Virus record (IMG/VR): IMGVR_UViG_3300021399_000125
Coordinates: 34,175 to 98,174 of that record
DNA: 64,000 nucleotides
Reading direction: 5' to 3' (one strand)
From: a virus
Lineage: Duplodnaviria > Caudoviricetes
Numbering within the stretch: position 1 is the stretch's first letter; each line of letters starts with the position of its first letter. Positions 1 to 8,052 of this stretch are shown in pieces. Made by a program: the position numbers and the translations under genes. The notes beneath the pieces are model-generated. The model worked only from the letters and a program-made list of their open reading frames with translations, was not told the DNA's origin and searched no databases.

Positions 1-233
1 TGGATTACGAGTCCTTCGGCCGGGACGTCCGCTATGAAGAGGGCGGCTGCTTTACGTCCTACGGCTATGTCTTCAGCGACTGCAGAAGCTGGGACGAGGA
101 ATTTGACGGCGACCCTGACAGCATCCCGGACCGTCTCCGGGTTTTTGATCTGCTCCGCGATCTGGCGGAGGAGGAAGACGAGTTTGAGTTCTCGTTTTCC
201 TGTCTGCCAATGGAAGTCTGCGTAAACGACTGA
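1..233 (+). CDS. ardA: Antirestriction protein ArdA-like, C-terminal part (5' truncated by window edge)
   Basis: Frame 3 reads DYESFGRDVRYEEGGCFTSYGYVF...DEEFDGDPD...EEEDEFEF then TGA at 231-233; matches the ArdA DYExxGRD...GG.FT..GYV motif; very acidic. Not in the ORF track. Confidence 0.7.
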   Translation, partial: DYESFGRDVRYEEGGCFTSYGYVFSDCRSWDEEFDGDPDSIPDRLRVFDLLRDLAEEEDEFEFSFSCLPMEVCVND

Positions 234-253
234 ACAAAAGGAGGAAATCTGCC

Positions 254-943
254 ATGCGGTTTCAAAAGCTTGTATCGTTCGTTCTTGCCATTGTTCTGGT
301 TCTCTGCTGTCTGCCCTCTGCCTTTGCAGATCCCCGCGAGCAAAATCCCAACGCCTGGTCTGCCGGCTACTCTCCCGTAGTCGTGGAGCAGCAGGAGGTC
401 CCAGCCGGCGGTGTGGTCCACGTCTCACGGGACTACGTTGTCACCTACGGCGCCACGGGTCTTGCGGCCCGGTTCCAAAGCACTCCATGCTTTTTTCTCA
501 CCGTCTCCCTGTATGACCTGGCCACCGGTTGTCCCATGTATATGAACGACGTGGAGCGCAGTGTGACCACTCAGGTCTATGCGGATCTCTCTGTAAACCG
601 GACCTATATCCATGTGGAATTTGACTTCAATACCGTGTGTCTGGAATACAAGACCATTCTGCTGGAGTCCGAGCTTTGGATCAGCGGCTCTGAGGAAGAC
701 CCCATTAAATGCCTCGGCGTGATCCGCAAAGAGAGCAACGCCATCCGGATTGTTCCTGCTCCTGAGCCGGAGGATCCGCAGCCTGCCGTTCAGCTCTTGC
801 CCAGGGCGGCCATTGATATCACCGCAGACGTGGCGTTTCCCGGCTCCAAAACCATCGGTTCCACACCGGAGCCTGCAGCCGACGCCGAAGCCTCTGTGGT
901 TTCCGAGTCCGATCTTTGTGCGATTTCCAATGGAAGGAGGTAA
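254..943 (+). CDS. Secreted/surface protein with signal peptide and VaFE-repeat-like Ig domain
   Basis: GGAGG SD; hydrophobic N-terminus ending in AFA; LTVSLYDLATGCPMYMND...VEFDFNTVCLEYKTILLESELW resembles VaFE repeats; Pro/Glu-rich tail. Confidence 0.55.
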   Translation: MRFQKLVSFVLAIVLVLCCLPSAFADPREQNPNAWSAGYSPVVVEQQEVPAGGVVHVSRDYVVTYGATGLAARFQSTPCFFLTVSLYDLATGCPMYMNDVERSVTTQVYADLSVNRTYIHVEFDFNTVCLEYKTILLESELWISGSEEDPIKCLGVIRKESNAIRIVPAPEPEDPQPAVQLLPRAAIDITADVAFPGSKTIGSTPEPAADAEASVVSESDLCAISNGRR

Positions 944-949
944 TCTGTC

Positions 950-1222
950 ATGGATCTCGTGTTTGAACAGCAGTGCAATTCCATCTGGCCCCTCACCATC
1001 GTGCGTGACCGGTACAGCGGTACCTATTCCGGCGGGAATTACACCGCCTGGAATCTGGAGGCGGACTGCGTCCCATGGGAAATCAACGCCGGGGACGCAG
1101 ACTGTGCCGGCTTCTGGTGGGACAGGGGCGATAGCTTCAAGTCCTGGCTTATTTCTGTCTGCGGCAAGGGCGATACCGCCGCTGCCGCCGTTGCGGATCT
1201 TTACAGTAAGCTCAACAAATAA
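950..1222 (+). CDS. Hypothetical phage protein (DRYSGTYSGG motif)
   Basis: GGAGG SD, ATG start, contiguous with neighbours. Confidence 0.7.
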   Translation: MDLVFEQQCNSIWPLTIVRDRYSGTYSGGNYTAWNLEADCVPWEINAGDADCAGFWWDRGDSFKSWLISVCGKGDTAAAAVADLYSKLNK

Positions 1223-1247
1223 CATCGGCGGCCTTTGCCGCCCATAC

Positions 1248-1323
1248 GGTCCCTTAGTTCAATTGGCAGAGCTGCCGGCTCATAACCGGTTGGTTGCAGG
1301 TTCGAGTCCTGCAGGGACCACCA
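1248..1323 (+). tRNA. tRNA with CAT anticodon, most likely tRNA-Ile2 (lysidine-modified) rather than Met
   Basis: GGTCCCT/AGGGACC acceptor, GCCGG-CTCATAA-CCGGT anticodon arm, GCAGG-TTCGAGT-CCTGC T arm, encoded ACCA; no initiator features; resembles Firmicutes Ile2. Confidence 0.92.
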
Positions 1324-1350
1324 AAAATAATCAAAAGGAGTGTGCGGTAT

Positions 1351-1833
1351 ATGGAAAAAATTGTCTCCGGCAACATTTTGGAATCCAGATGTGACGTAAT
1401 CCTGCACCAGGTAAACTGCCGCGGCGTCATGGGCGCAGGGCTGGCAAAGCAGATCCGGCAAAAATACCCCGGGGTTTTCCAGGCGTATTACAGCCGCTGT
1501 AAAGCCGTGGCGAACAGCGGACGTCCGTCCTCATCCCTTCTCGGGGAAATTCAGCCTGTCCGCGTCCGCCCCATGTGGGCTATGCTGAACACAGACACCC
1601 AAATCATTATCAATCTGTTTGCCCAGGACGGATACGGCACCGGGCGCTGCTTCACAGACTACGACGCCCTGCAAAGCTGTCTTCGCAAAGTCAACGCCGC
1701 CTTTGGCGGTGGTTCTGTTGCGCTGCCGTACAAAATGTCCTGCGGTCTTGCCGGCGGCGACTGGGATACTGTGCTGTCTCTCATCAGTCGCGAGCTGCGC
1801 AGTTGTGACATCTGGATTTACCATCGGTCTTGA
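1351..1833 (+). CDS. Macro domain (ADP-ribose binding/hydrolase) protein
   Basis: GNILES..DVILHQVNCRGVMGAGLAKQIRQKYP, IINLFAQ and CGLAGGDW macro motifs; AAGGAG SD before ATG 1351. Confidence 0.9.
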   Translation: MEKIVSGNILESRCDVILHQVNCRGVMGAGLAKQIRQKYPGVFQAYYSRCKAVANSGRPSSSLLGEIQPVRVRPMWAMLNTDTQIIINLFAQDGYGTGRCFTDYDALQSCLRKVNAAFGGGSVALPYKMSCGLAGGDWDTVLSLISRELRSCDIWIYHRS

Positions 1834-1851
1834 AAGTGAGGGGATGTAAAT

Positions 1852-2766
1852 ATGAATATCCAAAGCCTGAGCATCGTAGTCCCAAACAAGGACTGCGTCA
1901 ACAAATGTCCGTTTTGTGTATCCCGCATGCATTGTGAGGAATACAGAAATCAACTGAACGAGAACCTGCCGTTTTTCGATCTGTATCTGAATGATTATCT
2001 GAAACGGCTGCAGTTCGCAAGAGACAACGGCTGTAACACCGTTATGCTGACCGGTACGTCAGAGCCTCAGCAAAACAAGCAGTTTCTCACCTGGTTTGGG
2101 ATGTTCCAGCGCATGCTGAAAAGCCCCTTCCAGTGGGTGGAAATGCAGACAACCGGCGTCATCCTGGACGAGGCGTACCTTCGCTTTCTCCGCAATCATG
2201 TCGGCGTCAACCTGATTTCCCTGTCTCTGTCGTCACTGCGTTCAAAAGAGAATTGCGACATCATCGGCTGCCCCGACAAGCTCCGCTTTGATCTTGATGC
2301 GCTCTGTGCGCTCATCAAGCGCTACGATTTCTCACTGCGGCTGAGCATCAATCTGACCAACGTTTTTGACGGCCTGTGTCAGCCCGACGAAAACGGATGT
2401 ATCAATCCTGACGCAGCGCGGGCTATCTTCAACAGATGTGAAGCACTCGGTGCTGACCAAGTAACATTCCGTGTGTTGTACAGTGATAGGACAAGCGACA
2501 CGCCACAAAGTCATTGGATTGCTAAACATGCGGCCAACGCCGAGACTGTCACACATCTCAAGCTCTACGTACAGCGAGAGGGCACCAAGCTTGGACAATT
2601 GCCTTTCGGCGCCGCCAAATACAGTATCCATGGTATGAGCACCATCATCGATGATGACTGTATGGCAAAGAACGTCAAGTCTGATGAAACCTACAAGTAT
2701 CTGATTCTGCGACCCAATTGTAAGCTCTATTCCAGCTGGGACGATAAGGCAAGTCTGATTTTTTAA
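1852..2766 (+). CDS. Radical SAM protein, function unknown
   Basis: CVNKCPFC (CxxxCxxC) near the N-terminus, VMLTGTSEP motif. Confidence 0.85.
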   Translation: MNIQSLSIVVPNKDCVNKCPFCVSRMHCEEYRNQLNENLPFFDLYLNDYLKRLQFARDNGCNTVMLTGTSEPQQNKQFLTWFGMFQRMLKSPFQWVEMQTTGVILDEAYLRFLRNHVGVNLISLSLSSLRSKENCDIIGCPDKLRFDLDALCALIKRYDFSLRLSINLTNVFDGLCQPDENGCINPDAARAIFNRCEALGADQVTFRVLYSDRTSDTPQSHWIAKHAANAETVTHLKLYVQREGTKLGQLPFGAAKYSIHGMSTIIDDDCMAKNVKSDETYKYLILRPNCKLYSSWDDKASLIF

Positions 2767-2795
2767 ACTAACATTTCATTTGGGGGTGATAATCA

Positions 2796-2948
2796 ATGAC
2801 TGTCAAGGAATTAAAAGAGGAACTTGGGAATTACAACGACGATGCGGAAGTCGTCGTTGTAAACTGGAGTACCGGTTCGGAATATGATCCTACCATCGGC
2901 GGCGACGATCCTGATGAGGGGACGAGGTACTGCAGAATCGGGTTTTGA
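2796..2948 (+). CDS. Small hypothetical protein (MTVKELKEEL...)
   Basis: GGGGGTG SD; 50 aa; typical phage MTVKEL..L...DD.EV start; below the ORF-track cut-off. Confidence 0.6.
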   Translation: MTVKELKEELGNYNDDAEVVVVNWSTGSEYDPTIGGDDPDEGTRYCRIGF

Positions 2949-2977
2949 ATAAAACCAACCTTTTATGAGGTAAAGCG

Positions 2978-3298
2978 ATGCAATACTGTAATCTTGCTAC
3001 AGTCAATGATATGGAGAAACAAGAGCTGCTTAATATGATTCATGAAATCAAAAAGCACCAAGAGCCTCCTTACAGAGAAGACGACCCATACAACCATCGG
3101 TATCCGTGGCAGAAGCTGGGTGCGGTTTCGTCCGGTATCTGTATGGCGTGGGGATGGTATTGGGATACTGTCATTCTCGAAAATGCAACGAAAGATGATC
3201 TGCTTGCAGCTCTTACAGAATATGAAGCCATCGTTGGCAACAACGAGTGCCGTGATGAGCAAAAGTATCATCCCGGTGATCATGTATGCGGTATGTGA
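2978..3298 (+). CDS. Hypothetical protein
   Basis: GAGG SD, ATG. Confidence 0.6.
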   Translation: MQYCNLATVNDMEKQELLNMIHEIKKHQEPPYREDDPYNHRYPWQKLGAVSSGICMAWGWYWDTVILENATKDDLLAALTEYEAIVGNNECRDEQKYHPGDHVCGM

Positions 3299-3369
3299 TC
3301 GTAATCTCCCAGGATGGCTCTCGTGAGAGAATCGACTGTAAAAACACTCTTTGATTAGGAGGTTATCCT

Positions 3370-3579
3370 ATGGTTCGCGGTGTTTTAGCTATCCGAATTT
3401 ACTACGATCCGATTTGCATGACTCCGATGGCGGATCTGCGGATGAACGACGGAGTAATTGAGCACATTTGCTGGACAAACATCAAGGAGCGAAAACAGTT
3501 TGAACCCGGCATCAACGGATATACGCTTATCTATGACGAGCGTCCGAAATGCCAGTGGAATGAATGGGTGCCAACATAA
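3370..3579 (+). CDS. Hypothetical protein
   Basis: AGGAGG SD. Confidence 0.6.
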   Translation: MVRGVLAIRIYYDPICMTPMADLRMNDGVIEHICWTNIKERKQFEPGINGYTLIYDERPKCQWNEWVPT

Positions 3580-3608
3580 AACCCAACTTTTGTGAAAGGT
3601 TTGTTTAT

Positions 3609-3944
3609 ATGAGAATCACAAACATCATCTGGGATACCGACGGGATTTCAGTGGATGATCTCCCATGGGAAGTCACGCTGGAGGATAACATCCCCGTTGA
3701 TGGGGTTGCGGATTGTCTGTCTGATATGTATGGTTGGTGCGTGTCCAGCTTCCTGGCGTATCACGACGCGGTAATCAAGCTGTACCCCGGCTCCTCCGTG
3801 ATCCCAATTAAAATGACAATTCCAGTCCCGGTTAATCGGGACACAGAGGAATATATCGACGAGTATCTGGACGGGCTTCTGAGCGATTTCGTCCGGTACA
3901 ACTGTGAATGGGAATTCCTGGTGAACCCGGAATCCCGTTTTTAA
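3609..3944 (+). CDS. Hypothetical acidic protein
   Basis: GAAAGG SD, MRITNIIWDTDG start. Confidence 0.65.
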   Translation: MRITNIIWDTDGISVDDLPWEVTLEDNIPVDGVADCLSDMYGWCVSSFLAYHDAVIKLYPGSSVIPIKMTIPVPVNRDTEEYIDEYLDGLLSDFVRYNCEWEFLVNPESRF

Positions 3945-4743
3945 TTTCAGGAACCCGGCACGAAGGCTGAACTTTTCATGCGATTCACCTCCGGCCTTGA
4001 GCGGACCGCGCCTGGTTATACCGCAGAGTGGATGATGCGGGATAAAAATATCGACCATCCTTCATGGGTGCGGAAGCTGAAATGCTGTCGGCCACATGGA
4101 GTGAGACCAAAAGCCCATGGCTCTAACGGACGATGCGTGAATGGGGATCTGTCAAAATATCGGAGCTCGTTTCTTCACAGCCCTCTCCGAGGCACAACAA
4201 CCCTAAAAAGAGCCTGAAACGCTTGGCATAACGGGTGCCGCGAAGCGGTCGCCGGATGGGTAACCTGCTAAGAGTTAGAATTCAAACATTCGGACAGGAA
4301 GGCCGGCACGATTCAGGAGCTGCGGTAAATGGAGTGAGATGAACAGCCCGTTATAAATTGCCCTGTACCCTTGGAAAACTCGTATCAGGCTTTAAGCAGT
4401 GGATAAGCAGGGCTGCGCCGAAATAAAAGGGTAAGAGAATCAGGCGCACATCAGAAAACCGGAGCCGGCAGCAGTCGAGCGGCTGCCTCTCCCGTCCGGT
4501 AGGACCGGCCAACGAGAGATCGTCCAGCGGTGAAGGACGCCGGTTTTCTGAAATGCGGTGGCGGAATAGACATACCGAGTAGGGTTCTGCAGATCACACG
4601 AAAGGTATGGTAAAGCGCCGGTAATCTTCGGAGCCGTCGCAATTGTAGACGCTAAAAAGTAAGGTGGCTGGAGTCGTCGCTGAAATAGAGCTGGCACTTC
4701 GGAAACAGCGCCATGTTGGGTGCAAATCCCAACCCGCATTCCA
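3945..4743 (+). ncRNA. Candidate large ornate structured ncRNA (~800 nt; GOLLD/ROOL-class or new)
   Basis: Gap with no SD-led ORF in a gene-dense region; long-range helices 4209-4221/4381-4393, 4228-4235/4347-4354 and 4451-4462/4540-4551 (12 bp perfect); two pseudoknots; tRNA-like 3' domain. Boundaries approximate. Confidence 0.72.
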
Positions 4744-4813
4744 TCTATCATAGTTTACCCATGAGGTAATCATTGTGATCTTTTGTAAAACCAAAGCAAG
4801 GAGGTATCAACGC

Positions 4814-5170
4814 ATGCTTTTACAGCTCAAAGACGGCGGCATTGAGGATATCCGCACAGACGAGACGTGCCATCCAGGCTGTCCAACCTGTGACTACGGC
4901 AGTCAGTATATCAACGATATCAAGATTGTTCTCACCCGCCATATCGTCCGCGCCACGGTGACGCAGATGTATGAATACCTGCTTACCTCCGGCGCGTTTA
5001 TGAAGCTCTTGCTGCAAAACTACGATCTGGTCCGCGGCATGACGGAGGACGAATTTATTGCGTGGTTCCGCGCCGGCCTGGAGTCTTGCTGCTCGGATCC
5101 TTGTAATCTCAGCCATACCCGGTTTGACTACCGGGTTTCTGACAGAAAGGAGACTGAAAATGGAGGATAA
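4814..5170 (+). CDS. Hypothetical protein (CPTC motif)
   Basis: AGGAGG SD; GCPTCDYGS. Confidence 0.7.
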   Translation: MLLQLKDGGIEDIRTDETCHPGCPTCDYGSQYINDIKIVLTRHIVRATVTQMYEYLLTSGAFMKLLLQNYDLVRGMTEDEFIAWFRAGLESCCSDPCNLSHTRFDYRVSDRKETENGG

Positions 5171-5417
5171 TGGCAGACTGATGGTTCACCTGAAGGATGA
5201 CTTCGGCAACAGCGGGACCATCGAGGAGAAGATGATCCTTCCTTACAAGGGATCTCCCGTCAGGGAGCCCGCGTACATCCTGACGCTGAATGCAGACTAT
5301 GAGGATGGCCTGGTATACCACGTTTCCGTGCATCCGAGCTTCGGCGACGCCATCGAAACGGTGAAGCCGTTTAGCTGCGGGACGTTTCGGGTCGTTTCCG
5401 GGGAGGCTGTGGCATGA
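5160..5417 (+). CDS. Hypothetical protein
   Basis: AAGGAG SD, overlaps upstream stop. Confidence 0.65.
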   Translation: MEDNGRLMVHLKDDFGNSGTIEEKMILPYKGSPVREPAYILTLNADYEDGLVYHVSVHPSFGDAIETVKPFSCGTFRVVSGEAVA

Positions 5418-5647
5418 TTACCCTGACGCAGGCCTTTCGCCTTTGTAACATTCAAGACTGCGAGGTTGTGTATCTCCGCCGTGGCCGCCGACACAACAGC
5501 TATGAAGTTCCAATCACAGGCAGAACTGTTCGGGAAAAATATGATATGAAGCACGAGCGTGTTGTCGAGATCGGCCCAAGGTTTTGCTTCGGCACGTATG
5601 AGGGCTTGATGTTTACTTTACAAGACAGAGAGGAGAGTCGATCATGA
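5414..5647 (+). CDS. Hypothetical protein
   Basis: ATGA overlap, GGAGG SD. Confidence 0.65.
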   Translation: MITLTQAFRLCNIQDCEVVYLRRGRRHNSYEVPITGRTVREKYDMKHERVVEIGPRFCFGTYEGLMFTLQDREESRS

Positions 5648-6255
5648 GCACCCGCGGCGTATACGGGTTCCGGAAAAACGGGATCGACAAAATCACCTAT
5701 AACTATTCCGACAGCTACCCGGCCTATCTCGGGCGGCATGTTGCGGAATTCTGCAGCTCCACCCCGATTCCTGAGCTGAATTACATTTATGACTGCATCG
5801 AGCTGGTGACGTCCGGGTCCATCCCCACCGACGAGCAGATTGAGTTCTGCAAATCAAACGGGCTTTTCGATCAAAACGTCGGCAACCGAACTGATAACGA
5901 CTGGTATTGTCTTCTGCGCAAAATGCAGGGAGACTTCGCCAAGCTGAAACAGCTGGTACGCACCTACGGCAAGGCCTATATGCTGGACGATTCGGAGTTT
6001 ATCAAAAACTCTCTGTGGTGCGAGTATGCATACGTCGTAAACCTGGACGACAACACCCTGGAATTTTATGAGGGCGCCCAGCTGCACCCTCAAGAGGGCA
6101 ACCGGTATGGCTGCTATGCCTATACCGACGTGTATTATCCCTGCCGGCTTGTCTGCGCAATCCCGTTTTCCGAAATTACAGATGCCGAACAGACGGCGCT
6201 GGAAATGTACCTCACCATCCATGAAAACGAACTTGGCGAACAGGAGGGTTTATGA
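5644..6255 (+). CDS. Hypothetical phage protein (MSTRG...Y..SDSYP..LG...EYAYVVNLD family)
   Basis: ATGA overlap; motif pattern common in phage early proteins. Confidence 0.75.
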   Translation: MSTRGVYGFRKNGIDKITYNYSDSYPAYLGRHVAEFCSSTPIPELNYIYDCIELVTSGSIPTDEQIEFCKSNGLFDQNVGNRTDNDWYCLLRKMQGDFAKLKQLVRTYGKAYMLDDSEFIKNSLWCEYAYVVNLDDNTLEFYEGAQLHPQEGNRYGCYAYTDVYYPCRLVCAIPFSEITDAEQTALEMYLTIHENELGEQEGL

Positions 6256-6725
6256 GCACGTTTTACAATAACGGGTCCGTCATTTTCTGTCGGCTCCTGA
6301 CGTCCGAAGAGTCCGAGGTGATCCTCGCGCCATTCCGCCGGGGGTTTGGTCTGCAGGATCGAGGGGTCCGGTTGGGGCAGTGGCATGATACCAGCGGGAC
6401 CCCGTGCTCGTGCATTGAGTTTTCCGACTACTGCACCGGCTACTGGTTTTATGATGTGCTGTCCGACCTGGTATCCTACTGCAAAGAACACTCCATCGGC
6501 ATTCACGACGATTCTTTTGTTCAGTTTTACGGGGATGACGACGGGGCTTACAGCTTCTCCAATCAAGAGCTGATTTACCTTGACCGGGATTCCCTCGGCG
6601 TCCACAACGCCTCTGTTCATGTCCTGGTGGATGAGCTCCGGCAAAGGGGCGTTCTCAAGGAGCTTCTTGCCCTGTTTTCTGCGGCGGAGCTCAAGGCAGA
6701 GCTGGCATCCAGAGATGCTGGATAA
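6252..6725 (+). CDS. Hypothetical protein
   Basis: ATGA overlap, GGAGG SD. Confidence 0.7.
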   Translation: MSTFYNNGSVIFCRLLTSEESEVILAPFRRGFGLQDRGVRLGQWHDTSGTPCSCIEFSDYCTGYWFYDVLSDLVSYCKEHSIGIHDDSFVQFYGDDDGAYSFSNQELIYLDRDSLGVHNASVHVLVDELRQRGVLKELLALFSAAELKAELASRDAG

Positions 6726-7155
6726 ACCTCCCTGCGCCGAGATCCCGCGCCATCGCAAAAAGTCCGGCCGCAAGCCCGCCAAAAAGGCAAATCACAGGCA
6801 CGTGTACACGCCTTGCGTGTTTTCGTACGGTCTTCCGTCCTTTGACACCGCCCACGGCATTGTGGAAAACGGGAAACGCGCCCAAAGCATCGGCTCCTTT
6901 TGCCCGGTCTGTGGCAAAATCGGCACCCTGGTCAATCCTCTTTACCGGCAATCCGTATCCGCCGGCGGGTTGTTTGTCTCCGGCGGCTGGTCTTCCGCCG
7001 CCCATAGAGAATTCGATCCCGCCACCCGCACACTCCCTGCGTTTTCCCTGCAGGACATGTTCCAAAAGTACGTCGATCCGAAAGACATGAACAATGCGCT
7101 CTTTGCGCAAGAGACACAACAAGACAAGGAGGTTTCACAGCATGAGAACGAATGA
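6715..7155 (+). CDS. Hypothetical protein with KKANHRH and CPVC motifs
   Basis: Basic N-terminus, HxH plus CxxC putative Zn site. Confidence 0.6.
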   Translation: MLDKPPCAEIPRHRKKSGRKPAKKANHRHVYTPCVFSYGLPSFDTAHGIVENGKRAQSIGSFCPVCGKIGTLVNPLYRQSVSAGGLFVSGGWSSAAHREFDPATRTLPAFSLQDMFQKYVDPKDMNNALFAQETQQDKEVSQHENE

Positions 7156-7176
7156 AAAAATCGAGACGGTAAAATC

Positions 7177-7431
7177 ATGACCCTGTTTTTTCAAAGCGCA
7201 GACGGCACCCTGCGGAAGCTCTCTGAGCTTGATCTCTCCGGTCCCCGGGATGAAATCACCCGCTCCGTCTTCTCCTGTATTCTGGATTTTTGTAACAAGC
7301 ACCGCTACAAAATCCCGTACACCAGGTGCTGGAATGACGAGCTGGACGGCCGGCCGGTTACCTTTATTGACGTCGGCAGCCATACAGAGTTTTTCATTCT
7401 GGATCCGGTCTGTCCCTATCTGATCAACTGA
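7177..7431 (+). CDS. Hypothetical protein (YTRCW...IDVGSHTEFF)
   Basis: ORF track; contiguous. Confidence 0.65.
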   Translation: MTLFFQSADGTLRKLSELDLSGPRDEITRSVFSCILDFCNKHRYKIPYTRCWNDELDGRPVTFIDVGSHTEFFILDPVCPYLIN

Positions 7432-7445
7432 AATGAGGTGATTTA

Positions 7446-7613
7446 ATGCAGGAAATTGCTAAATATGTTTACATAATCACAATGTCCCTTATGCTGATCT
7501 TCCACTGGTTCGGCATTGTTCTCTCCGATTCCTTTCAGGACGCCAAGCACAGCATCTCCGGCGGTATTGTCTGTGTGCTTGCGCTCTGTATCGCAATAAA
7601 ACTATGGTTTTAG
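7446..7613 (+). CDS. Small two-TM membrane protein
   Basis: GAGGTG SD; MQEIAKYVYIITMSLMLIFHWFGIVLS...IVCVLALCIAIKLWF; not in the ORF track. Confidence 0.5.
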   Translation: MQEIAKYVYIITMSLMLIFHWFGIVLSDSFQDAKHSISGGIVCVLALCIAIKLWF

Positions 7614-7912
7614 GCCTTGATGTTTCGGCATACGCCTCGCTCCAGCGTATGCTTGGTGTTCTGGAAACTGCGGCGTGCTCCATTCCGGATGTAAGCGTCC
7701 GCGATCTGGCCTTTACCACCATCGATTCGATTGACGATCTTCTTGATCGGTATACGCAGGACGCTCCCGTCACCTTCGGCGACAGCATCCGCAGCAAAAC
7801 CGACGAAGAGCTGGCCGACTGGATTATTTCCCACGATGCAAAGTGTCTCACGAACGGGTATTTGACCCGGGATGAGTATCTCTCTCTGATAAAACGGGAG
7901 GTGTCCAAATGA
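7604..7912 (+). CDS. Hypothetical protein (IRSKTDEELA motif)
   Basis: ORF track; start uncertain. Confidence 0.55.
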   Translation: MVLGLDVSAYASLQRMLGVLETAACSIPDVSVRDLAFTTIDSIDDLLDRYTQDAPVTFGDSIRSKTDEELADWIISHDAKCLTNGYLTRDEYLSLIKREVSK

Positions 7913-8052
7913 CCAACGCAGACAAAATCCGCGCCATGACGGACGAGGATGAAATGACACGGTTTTTCTTTTTCCTTTATCGAAAGGCTTGCGGATATTC
8001 CGACACAAGACTTGCGTTTACCGCATTGCTGAAACAGGAGGTGTCTGAATGA
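7909..8052 (+). CDS. Small hypothetical protein (TNADKIRAMTDE motif)
   Basis: GGAGGTG SD, ATGA overlap. Confidence 0.55.
   Translation: MTNADKIRAMTDEDEMTRFFFFLYRKACGYSDTRLAFTALLKQEVSE

Noticed and set aside
3945-4743. tmRNA, group I/II intron or RNase P RNA
   Set aside because: No G3-U70 alanine acceptor or tag ORF, no interrupted gene or domain V, and no RNase P P4 signature recognised by eye
3978-4794. ORFs 3978-4217(+), 4440-4751(-), 4451-4642(-), 4594-4794(-)
   Set aside because: No SD, atypical composition, mostly opposite to the local strand; better explained by structured RNA
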